This document shows positions 34,967-45,912 of a stretch of 64,000 bases of DNA, one piece after another. Made by a program: the position numbers and the translations under genes. How positions within the stretch are numbered: position 1 is the stretch's first letter; each line of letters starts with the position of its first letter. This DNA comes from the human T2T-CHM13v2.0 reference genome, Homo sapiens, in NCBI RefSeq assembly GCF_009914755.1, contig NC_060937.1; one strand, written 5' to 3'. Below the pieces are notes generated by a model. The model had not been told where the DNA came from. It searched no databases and saw nothing but the letters and a program-made list of their open reading frames with translations.

Positions 34967-37900
34967 TTTTTTTTTTTTTTAAGCGCAACGCAACATGTCT
35001 GCCTTATTTGAGTGGCTTCCTATATCATTATAATTGTGTTATAGATGAAGAAACGGTATTAAACACTGTGCTAATGATAGTGAAAGTGAAGACAAAAGAA
35101 AGGCTATCTATTTTGTGGTTAGAATAAAGTTGCTCAGTATTTAGAGCTACCTAAATACGTCAGCATTTACACTCTTCCTAGTAAAAGCTGGCCAATCTGA
35201 ATAATCCTCCTTTAAACAAACACAATTTTTGATAGGGTTAAGATTTTTTTAAGAATGCGACTCCTGCAAAATAGCTGAACAGACGATACACATTTAAAAA
35301 AATAACAACACAAGGATCAACCAGACTTGGGAAAAAATCGAAAACCACACAAGTCTTATGAAGAACTGAGTTCTTAAAATAGGACGGAGAACGTAGCTAT
35401 CGGAAGAGAAGGCAGTATTGGCAAGTTGATTGTTACGTTGGTCAGCAGTAGCTGGCACTATCTTTTTGGCCATCTTTCGGGCAATGTAACTACTACAGCA
35501 AAATGAGATATGATCCATTAAACAACATATTCGCAAATCAAAAAGTGTTTCAGTAATATAATGCTTCAGATTTAGAAGCAAATCAAATGATAGAACTCCA
35601 CTGCTGTAATAAGTCACCCCAAAGATCACCGTATCTGACAAAATAACTACCACAGGGTTATGACTTCAGAATCATACTTTCTCTTGATATTTACTTATGT
35701 ATGTATTTATTTTTTTTAATTTATTTCTCTTGAGACGGCGTCTCGCTCTGTCGCCCAGGCTGGAGTGCGATGGTGTGATCTCGGCTCACTGCAACCGCCA
35801 CCTCCCTGGGTTCAAGCGATTCTCCTGCCTCAGCCTCCCGAGTAGCTGGGACTACAGGTGCCCGCCACCACGCCCAGCTAATCTTTATACTTTTAATAGA
35901 GACGGGGTTTCACCGTGTCGGCCCGGATGGTCTCGATCTCTTGACCTCGTGACCCGCCCGCCTCGGCCTCCCAAAGTGCTGGGATGACAGGCGTGAGCCA
36001 CTGAGCCCGGCCTTCTCTTGACGTTTAAACTATGAAGTCAGTCCAGAGAAACGCAATAAATGTCAACGGTGAGGATGGTGTTGAGGCAGAAGTAGGACCA
36101 CACTTTTTCCTATCTTATTCAGTTGATAACAATATGACCTAGGTAGTAATTTCCTATGTGCCTACTTATACACGAGTACAAAAGAGTAAAACAGAGAGAC
36201 TGCTAAATTAAAGGGTACGTGAAGTTCTTCATAGTAACTCCGTAAACTGGAACACTGTCAAAAAGCAGCAGCTAGTGAATTGTTTCCATGTATTTTTCTA
36301 TGATCCAATAAGTGAACTATGCTATTCCTTTCCAGTCTCCCAAGCACTTCTTGTCCCCATCACCACTTCGGTGCTCGAAGAAAAAGTAACAAATCAAGGA
36401 ACACAACTAAAGAAACACACACACAAACCAAAGACAACTACAGCGTCTGCAAAAGTTTGCTAGAAGACTGAAACTGTTGAGTATAAGGATCTGGTATTCT
36501 ACGATGATCATGAGTTCACTTCAGAGTTTGTTCAAGACATACGTTTCGTAAGGAAACATCTTAGTTAGAAGTTATTCAGCAGTAGGTACCATCCCTAAGT
36601 ATTTTTCACCAAATTCGTGACAATAAAGAGCTATCTAACCAGAAAAATTAGCGAGTACCGGCACCATCCATAGGGCTTTGTCTTTACGCTTCATTAGCAC
36701 TTACCATGCCTTACAATGTCTAGGATTGACCCTGATAGCATTTCGAAAACAAGCTAATGCTTTGTCCAGTTCTTCAGTGAAGACAAGCTCACGCCCTAAT
36801 GCGCTATAGGCATAAGCATCATTTGGATCCACTTCGAGAGTTCTCTGGAAGAATTGAATCGCAATATCGTGTTCCCGTTGCAGACCGAAACAGTTCCCTG
36901 CAGCACACCAGGCCTCTGGCTGGCGAATTTTTATCCATGTCTGTGAAGTCTTTGGACAGAACTGAAAGAGCAACCTCTTTCGGAGGATGCCAAAGTGTTG
37001 TAGAGTAGATCTCCATGCCTTCGACTCTGTAATTCTCAATCCTCCTAACCTCTGAGAATTGTCTTTCAGCTTGCGTGGACTCTGAAAGTTTACAATAGGC
37101 CCTTCCGATTTGGCACAGTACCCAACCGGTATTGCGGTGGTGAGAAGCTAGATGGCTCAAGATGCTGATAGCTTCTTTGCCGTGGTAAGAACACAAAGCT
37201 AAATAACCTTTCCCCCTTTCACGAAGAAGGCTCATCAAGCCTTCCGCTGCTGCTTTTTGTAGATTAAAAGCCTGAATCTGAGGCGCGATTGCGGCTATTT
37301 CCCCTTCTGAAATGACGGAAGAGTCCAATTTTGTCACTTCCAGGCTATCACTTATGTTCGGTGGAGTTATTGCTCCTTTATTAGTTTTACTTTTGGTTCT
37401 TCTGTTTGGGATTTTAGGTGGAAACTTCATTTTTAATTTTCTCCTATTCTCCTCGGTTGTGGAGCTGTCACTAGTCAAGAGTCGTGAATTTCTTCGAGGC
37501 GGTGCATTTGGGGGAGATGCCATAGTGGGGCTCAATACCTGAGGTGTTGCCCTTGTCGGCGGACCAGAACTTTGTGTTTTTGCAAGGACTGGAGTTACCT
37601 TTCGGCTCTTTCCCCTCTGCGAGAAGACAGACGGTGTTCCGGTTTGGCCGATTCTGGCAACAGGCTTTTTTGAAGGGGCTCCGGTGGATGGCACGTCAAT
37701 GACAGACGGTGTCTCATACCAGTGCAGTTTTGTCAATAGGGTCCGTCTCCGGGACTTGGGGTTTCTAATGGCAAAATGCCAACACTTGGGGTTAATGGAC
37801 TAACAGCTGCTGGTCCTCCTAATAAACTTCGACCAGGTTTTGGTTTATGTTGAACCTGTTTAGATCATATGGAAGTTCCTGTTCCCAGTGGGACAGTATC

Positions 37901-38769
37901 AGGTGAAAGGACAGCTGAATCGATAGAAGACACTGGGGAGTCTGTATTCAAGGAGTACTTTGAATTGGAAGATTCTAAATTCCATCCGTTTCATTGGACG
38001 GTGTCCTGGGGTGTTTCCGTAAGAACGGTCTCGGGCTGTCTGTGACATAAACTAGGACGAGGTCCAAGTGTTGCGGCGCAACACTTGGACAGGCAGTTGC
38101 TAAAGCTCTCTAGAGAGGTGAATCAAAATGTTTGGTCAGGATCTGGCTTTTCCCCCCTATTTCACATCATGATTCAAAGGGACACCAGAGGAAAGGATTT
38201 CAACGAAGGCTCTTTTGGTCACATTCTGATCCTTTGGTAAGCCGATCTGTCTTGCAATATACATGTCCCGACGATGGAAGGGGAAAGCGAGCTGAATCAC
38301 CAAACTCAGGAACGATAATATCATCGTGGCTTTTCTGCTTATGAAACACTCCACCCGATAAGATTTGATCCCCTTCTGCAAGCTTGCTGAGATCAACACA
38401 ACATTTCGCAAGCAGGCATTTGCATTGCGGGGTAGTACAACTGTGTCCTTTCAAGAGTCTATATGTTTTATAGGCCTTTCCTGAGCGGTAAGAACAGGTC
38501 GCCAGTAAGAACAAGGCTTCTTCTGAGTGTACTTCTGCATAAAGGCGTTCTGCGGGGGAAACCGCATCTCGGTAGGTAGGCATAGTGGTTTAGTGCTTGC
38601 CATATAGCAGCCTGGACGGGTCCCTGCAGCACCGCCATCCTCGAGGCTCAGGCCCACTTTCTGCAGTGCCTCAGGCACCCCCCCCCCCCCCCATAGCGGC
38701 TCCGGCCCGGCCAGCCCCGGCTCATTTAAAGGCACCAGCCGCCGTTACCGGGGGATGGGGGAGTCCGAG
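34967..38769 (-). pseudogene. CDC27P: CDC27 (APC3) retro-pseudogene; coding homology 38638 down to about 36705, then a probable retained intron and poly(A)
   Basis: The ATG at 38638 reads MAVLQGPVQAAIWQALNHY; fragments AERLYAEVHSEEALFLLAT, KLKMKFPPKIPNR and AWCAAGNCF...ELDKALACFRNAIRVNPRH match CDC27; no introns in the coding part; 4-bp duplication frameshift near 38575, stop at 38200, further frameshifts near 37740 and 36915. Confidence 0.93.
35693..36012 (-). mobile_element. Full-length Alu nested in the retrocopy tail, with probable TSD
   Basis: Full Alu body; flanks TTCTCTTGATATTT (35679-35692) and TTCTCTTGACGTTT (36013-36026). Confidence 0.92.
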
Positions 38770-39294
38770 ACAGAATGACTTCTTTATCCTGCTGACTCTG
38801 GAAAGCCCGGCGCCTTGTGATCCATTGCAAACCGAGAGTCACCTCGTGTTTAGAACACGGATCCACTCCCAAGTTCAGTGGGGGGATGTGAGGGGTGTGG
38901 CAGGTAGGACGAAGGACTCTCTTCCTTCTGATTCGGTCTGCACAGTGGGGCCTAGGGCTGGAGCTCTCTCCGTGCGGACCGCTGACTCCCTCTACCTTGG
39001 GTTCCCTCGGCCCCACCCTGGAACGCCGGGCCTTGGCAGATTCTGGCCCTTCCTGGCCCTTCAGTCGCTGTCAGAAACCCCATCTCATGCTCGGATGCCC
39101 CGAGTGACTGTGGCTCGCACCTCTCCGGAAACATTGGAAATCTCTCCTCTACGCGCGGCCACCTGAAACCACAGGAGCTCGGGACACACGTGCTTTCGGG
39201 AGAGAATGCTGAGAGTCTCTTGCCGACTCTCTCTTGACTTGAGTTCTTCGTGGGTGCGTGGTTAAGACGTAGTGAGACCAGATGTATTAACTCA

Positions 39295-39460
39295 GGCCGG
39301 GTGCTGGTGGCTCACGCCTGTAACCCCAACACTTTGGGAGGCCGAGGCCGTAGGATCCCTCGAGGAATCGCCTAACCCTGGGGAGGTTGAGGTTGCAGTG
39401 AGTGAGCCATAGTTGTGTCACTGTGCTCCAGTCTGGGCGAAAGACAGAATGAGGCCCTGC
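39295..39460 (+). mobile_element. Alu monomer-like or internally deleted Alu followed by (GGCA)n
   Basis: GGCCGGGTGCTGGTGGCTCACGCCTGTAAC ... GAGGTTGCAGTGAG. Confidence 0.8.
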
Positions 39461-39461
39461 C

Positions 39462-39493
<32 letters not shown>

Positions 39494-39579
39494 AAAGACA
39501 ACAGCTGTATTATGTTCTTCTCAGGGTAGGAAGCAAAAATAACAGAATACAGCACTTAATTAATTTTTTTTTTTCCCTT

Positions 39580-39864
39580 CGGACGGAGTTTCACTCTTGG
39601 TGCCCACGCTGGAGTGCAGTGGCACCATCTCGGCTCACCGCAACCTCCACCTCCTGCGTTCAAGCGATTCTCCTGCCTCAGCCTCCTGAGTAGCTGGGAT
39701 TACAGGGAGGAGCCACCACACCCGGCTGATTTTGTATTGTTAGTAGAGACGGCATTTCTCCATGTGGGTCAGGCTGGTCTCGAACTGGCGACCCCAGTGG
39801 ATCTGCCCGCCCCGGCCTCCCAAAGTGCTGGGGTGACAGGCGTGAGCCATCGTGACTGGCCGGC
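39580..39864 (-). mobile_element. Full-length AluS-type element
   Basis: GACGGAGTTTCACTCTTGG ... CAGGCGTGAGCCATCG. Confidence 0.9.
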
Positions 39865-39908
39865 TACGTTTATTTATTTATTTTTTTAATTATTTTACTT
39901 TTTTTTAG

Positions 39909-40261
<353 letters not shown>

Positions 40262-41249
40262 TATTTATCTATTTATTAACTTTGAGTCCAGGTTATGAAA
40301 CCAGTTAGTTTTTGTAATTTTTTTTTTTTTTTTTTTTTTTTGAGACGAGGTTTCACCGTGTTGCCAAGGCTTGGACCGAGGGATCCACCGGCCCTCGGCC
40401 TCCCAAAAGTGCGGGGATGACAGGCGCGAGCCTACCGCGCCCGGACCCCCCCTTTCCCCTTCCCCCGCTTGTCTTCCCGACAGACAGTTTCACGGCAGAG
40501 CGTTTGGCTGGCGTGCTTAAACTCATTCTAAATAGAAATTTGGGACGTCAGCTTCTGGCCTCACGGACTCTGAGCCGAGGAGTCCCCTGGTCTGTCTATC
40601 ACAGGACCGTACACGTAAGGAGGAGAAAAATCGTAACGTTCAAAGTCAGTCATTTTGTGATACAGAAATACACGGATTCACCCAAAACACAGAAAGCAGT
40701 CTTTTAGAAATGGCCTTAGCCCTGGTGTCCGTGCCAGTGATTCTTTTCGGTTTGGACCTTGACTGAGAGGATTCCCAGTCGGTCTCTCGTCTCTGGACGG
40801 AAGTTCCAGATGATCCGATGGGTGGGGGACTTAGGCTGCGTCCCCCCAGGAGCCCTGGTCGATTAGTTGTGGGGATCGCCTTGGAGGGCGCGGTGACCCA
40901 CTGTGCTGTGGGAGCCTCCATCCTTCCCCCCACCCCCTCCCCAGGGGATCCCAATTCATTCCGGGCTGACACGCTCACTGGCAGGCGTCGGGCATCACCT
41001 AGCGGTCACTGTTACTCTGAAAACGGAGGCCTCACAGAGGAAGGGAGCACCAGGCCGCCTGCGCACAGCCTGGGGCAACTGTGTCTTCTCCACCGCCCCC
41101 GCCCCCACCTCCAAGTTCCTCCCTCCCTTGTTGCCTAGGAAATCGCCACTTTGACGACCGGGTCTGATTGACCTTTGATCAGGCAAAAACGAACAAACAG
41201 ATAAATAAATAAAATAACACAAAAGTAACTAACTAAATAAAATAAGTCA

Positions 41250-41382
41250 ATACAACCCATTACAATACAATAAGATACGATACGATAGGATGCGATAGGA
41301 TACGATAGGATACAATACAATACGATACGATACAATACAATACAATACAATACAATACAATACAATACAATACAATACAATA
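41250..41382 (+). repeat. Pentanucleotide repeat (ATACA/ATACG/ATAGG)n
   Basis: Read directly from sequence. Confidence 0.92.
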
Positions 41383-41383
41383 C

Positions 41384-42212
<829 letters not shown>

Positions 42213-42484
42213 TTAACTTCATTTTATGTTATTATCGTGATTGATGTTTCGAGACGGAGTCTCGGAGGCCCGCCCTCCCTGGTTGCCCAGACAACCCCGG
42301 GAGACAGACCCTGGCTGGGCCCGATTGTTCTTCTCCTTGGTCAGGGGTTTCCTTGTCTTTCTTCGTGTCTTTAACCCGCGTGGACTCTTCCGCTCGGGTT
42401 TGACAGATGGCAGCTCCACTTTAGGCCTTGTTGTTGTTGGGGACTTTCCTGATTCTCCCCAGATGTAGTGAAAGCAGGTAGATT

Positions 42485-42515
42485 TGCCTTGCCTGGACTT
42501 GCCTGGCCTTGCCTT
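42485..42515. promoter_or_regulatory. RGC (ribosomal gene cluster) p53-binding element
   Basis: TGCCTTGCCTGGACTTGCCTGGCCTTGCCTT matches the classic RGC p53 site as I recall it, including the half-site GGACTTGCCT. Confidence 0.85.
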
Positions 42516-42609
42516 TTCTTTCTTTCTTTCTTTATTACTTTCTCTTTTTCTTCTTCTTCTTCTTCTTCTTCTTCTTCTTCTTCTTCTTCTTCTTCTTCTT
42601 CTTTTTTTT

Positions 42610-42892
42610 TTGAGACAGAGTTTCACTCTTGTTGCCCAGGCTAGAGGGCAATGGTGCGATCTCGGCTCACCGCACCCTCCGCCTCCCAGGTTCAAGCGAT
42701 TCTCCTGCCTCAGCCTCCTGATTAGCTGGGATTACAGGCATGGGCCACCGTGCCTGGCTGATGTTTGTACTTTTAGTAGAGACGGTGTTTTTCCATGTTG
42801 GTCAGGCTGGTCTCCCACTCCCAACCTCAGGTGGTCCGCCTGCCTTAGCCTCCCAAAGTGCTGGGATGACAGGCGTGAGCCACCGCGCCCAG

Positions 42893-42893
<1 letters not shown>
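42610..42893 (-). mobile_element. AluSp-like element with (TTC)18 in its tail (42548-42601)
   Basis: GAGACAGAGTTTCACTCTTGTTGCCCAGG ... CAGGCGTGAGCCACCGCGCCCAGCC. Confidence 0.9.
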
Positions 42894-42943
<50 letters not shown>

Positions 42944-43594
42944 CGCTCGCTTGCTTGCTTGCTTTCGTGCTTTCTTGCTTTCCCGTTTTCTTGCTTTCTT
43001 TCTTTCTTTCGTTTCTTTCATGCTTGCTTTCTTGCTTGCTTGCTTGCTTTCGTGCTTTCTTGCTTTCCTGTTTTCTTTTTCTTTCTTTCTTTCTTTCTTT
43101 CTTTTGTTTCTTTCTTGCTTGCTTTCTTGCTTGCTTGCTTGCTTTCGTGCTTTCTTGCTTTCCTGTTTTCTTTCTTTCTTTCTTTCTTTTGTTTCTTTCT
43201 TGCTTGCTTTCTTGCTTGCTTGCTTTCGTGCTTTCTTGTTTTCTCGCTTTCTTTCTTTCTTTTGTTTCTTTCCTGCTTGCTTTCTTGCTTGATTGCTTTC
43301 GTGCTTTCTTGCTTTCTTGTTTTCTTTCTTTCTTTTGTTTCTTTCTTTCTTGCTTCCTTGTTTTCTTGCTTTCTTGCTTGCTTGCTTTCGTGCTTTCTTG
43401 TTTTCTTGCTTTCTTTCTTTTGTTTCTTTCTTGCTTGCTTTCTTGCTTCCTTGTTTTCTTGCTTTCTTGCTTGCTTGCTTTCGTGCTTTCTTTCTTGCTT
43501 TCTTTTCTTTCTTTCTTTTCTTTTTCTTTCTTTCTTGCTTTCTTTTCTTTCATTCATTCATTCTTTCTTTCTTTCCTTTCTTTCTTTCTTTCTT

Positions 43595-43629
<35 letters not shown>

Positions 43630-43630
43630 G
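42894..43630 (+). repeat. (CT)n then compound CTTG/CTTT minisatellite of seven units of 73-95 bp
   Basis: GCTTTCGTGCTTTC at 42961, 43046, 43141, 43222, 43295, 43384 and 43477. Confidence 0.9.
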
Positions 43631-43639
43631 TTTCGTCCT

Positions 43640-43932
<293 letters not shown>

Positions 43933-45007
43933 TGTTGACTCATTTCGCTTTTTTATTTCTTTCGTTTCCACGCGTTTACTTATATGTATTAATGTAAACG
44001 TTTCTGTACGCTTATATGCAAACAACGACAACGTGTATCTCTGCATTGAATACTCTTGCGTATGGTAAATACGTATCGGTTGTATGGAAATAGACTTCTG
44101 TATGATAGATGTAGGTGTTTGTGTTATACAAATAAATACACATCGCTCTATAAAGAAGGGATCGTCGATAAAGACGTTTATTTTACGTATGAAAAGCGTC
44201 GTATGTATGTGTGTAAATGAACGAGCGTACGTAGTTATCTCTGTTTTCTTTCTTCCTCTCCTTCGTGTTTTTCTTCCTTCCTTTCTTCCTTTCTCTCCTT
44301 CTTTAGGTTTTTCTTCCTCTCTTCCTTTCCTTCTTTCTCTCTTTCTGTCCTTTTTTCCTTCGTGCTTTATTTCTCTTTCGTTCCCTGTGTTTCCTTCTTT
44401 TTTCTTTCCTCTCTGTTTCTTTTTCCCTTCTTTCCTTCGTTTCTTTCCTCATTCTTTCTCTCTTTTTCGTGTTTCTTTCCTTCCCGTCTGTCTTTTAAAA
44501 AATGGAGTGTTTCAGAAGTTTACTTTGTGTATCTACGTTTTCTAAATTGTCTCTCTTTTCTCCATTTTCTTCCTCCCTCCCTCCCTCCCTCCCTTCCTGC
44601 TCCCTTCCCTCCCTCCTTCCCTTTCGCCATCTGTCTCTTTTCCCCACTCCCCTCCCCCCGTCTGTCTCTGCGTGGATTCCGGAAGAGCCTACGCATTCTG
44701 CCTCTCCGTGTGTCTGCAGCGACCCGCGACCGAGTCCTTGTGTGTTCTTTCTCCCTCCCTCCCTCCCTCCCTCCCTCCCTCCCTGCTTCCGAGAGGCATC
44801 TCCAAACACCCACGCGCCGTGGGTTGTCTTCTGACTCTGTCGCGGTCGAGGCAGAGACGCGTTTTGGGCACCGTTTGTGTGGGGTTGGGGCAGAGGGGCT
44901 GCGTTTTCGGCCTCGGGAAGAGCTTCTCGACTCACGGTTTCGCTTTCGCGGTCCACGGGCCGCCCTGCCAGCCGGATCTGTCTCGCTGACGTCCGCGGCG
45001 GTTGTCG

Positions 45008-45026
45008 GGCTCCATCTGGCGGCCGC
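45008..45026 (-). promoter_or_regulatory. CTCF motif about 870 bp upstream of the TSS (boundary element)
   Basis: Minus strand GCGGCCGCCAGATGGAGCC fits the CTCF core; CTCF binding just upstream of the human rDNA promoter region is established. Confidence 0.75.
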
Positions 45027-45059
45027 TTTGAGATCGTGCTCTCGGCTTCCGGAGCTGCG

Positions 45060-45225
45060 GTGGCAGCTGCCGAGGGAGGGGACCGTCCCCGCTGTGAGCT
45101 AGGCAGAGCTCCGGAAAGCCCGCGGTCGTCAGCCCGGCTGGCCCGGTGGCGCCAGAGCTGTGGCGCGTCGCTTGTGAGTCACAGCTCTGGCGTGCAGGTT
45201 TATGTGGGGGAGAGGCTGTCGCTGC
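45060..45225 (+). promoter_or_regulatory. Candidate Pol I spacer promoter (limits uncertain)
   Basis: Lies between the CTCF motif and a Sal-like box, as in the rodent layout; GGTTTATGTG ... GCTGTCGCTG weakly echoes GGTTATTGCTG ... GCTGTCCTCTG at the main TSS. Confidence 0.45.
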
Positions 45226-45229
45226 GCTT

Positions 45230-45252
45230 CTGGGCCCGCGGCGGGCGTGGGG
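45230..45252 (+). ncRNA. MIR6724: miR-6724-5p mature-sequence match; status as a true miRNA is doubtful
   Basis: CTGGGCCCGCGGCGGGCGTGGGG matches the recalled sequence. Confidence 0.5.
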
Positions 45253-45263
45253 CTGCCCGGGCC

Positions 45264-45273
45264 GGTCGACCAG
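45264..45273 (+). terminator. Sal-box-like site (possible spacer terminator)
   Basis: GGTCGACCAG, 10 of 11 bases of the Sal box, about 625 bp upstream of the TSS. Confidence 0.6.
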
Positions 45274-45716
45274 CGCGCCGTAGCTCCCGAGGCCCGAGCC
45301 GCGACCCGCGGGGACCCGCCGCGCGTGGCGCGGGAGGCTGGGGACGCCCTTCCCGGCCCGGTCGCGGGTCCGCGCTCATCCTGGCCGTCTGAGGCGGCGG
45401 CCGAATTCGTTTCCGAGTCCCCGTGGGGAGCCGGGGACCGTCCCGCCCCCGTCCCCCGGGTGCCGGGGAGCGGTCCCTCTGCCGCGATCCTTTCTGGCGA
45501 GTCCCCGTGCGGAGTCGGAGAGCGCTCCCTGAGCGCGCGTGCGGCCCGAGAGGTCGCGCCTGGCCGGCCTTCGGTCCCTCGTGTGTCCCGGTCGTAGGAG
45601 GGGCCGGCCGAAAATGCTTCCGGCTCCCGCTCTGGAGACACGGGCCGGCCCCCTGCGTGTGGCACGGGCGGCCGGGAGGGCGTCCCCGGCCCGGCGCTGC
45701 TCCCGCGTGTGTCCTG

Positions 45717-45727
45717 GGGTTGACCAG
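45717..45727 (+). terminator. Promoter-proximal terminator T0
   Basis: GGGTTGACCAG, one mismatch to the Sal box, at -176 to -166. Confidence 0.75.
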
Positions 45728-45736
45728 AGGGCCCCG

Positions 45737-45912
45737 GGCGCTCCGTGTGTGGCTGCGATGGTGGCGTTTTTGGGGACAGGTGTCCGTGTCGCGCGTCGCC
45801 TGGGCCGGCGGCGTGGTCGGTGACGCGACCTCCCGGCCCCGGGGGAGGTATATCTTTCGCTCCGAGTCGGCATTTTGGGCCGCCGGGTTATTGCTGACAC
45901 GCTGTCCTCTGG
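45737..45912 (+). promoter_or_regulatory. RNA polymerase I promoter (UCE plus core), TSS at 45893
   Basis: GGAGGTATATCTTTCGCTCCGAG ... GGGTTATT then +1 GCTGACACGCTGTCCTCTGG, the known human 47S 5' end; gives a 3655-nt 5'ETS. Confidence 0.95.

Noticed and set aside
36819-37736. 305-aa ORF with strong CDC27 similarity as a functional gene
   Set aside because: It is a fragment between frameshifts with non-homologous ends; the true ATG frame is broken within about 20 codons.
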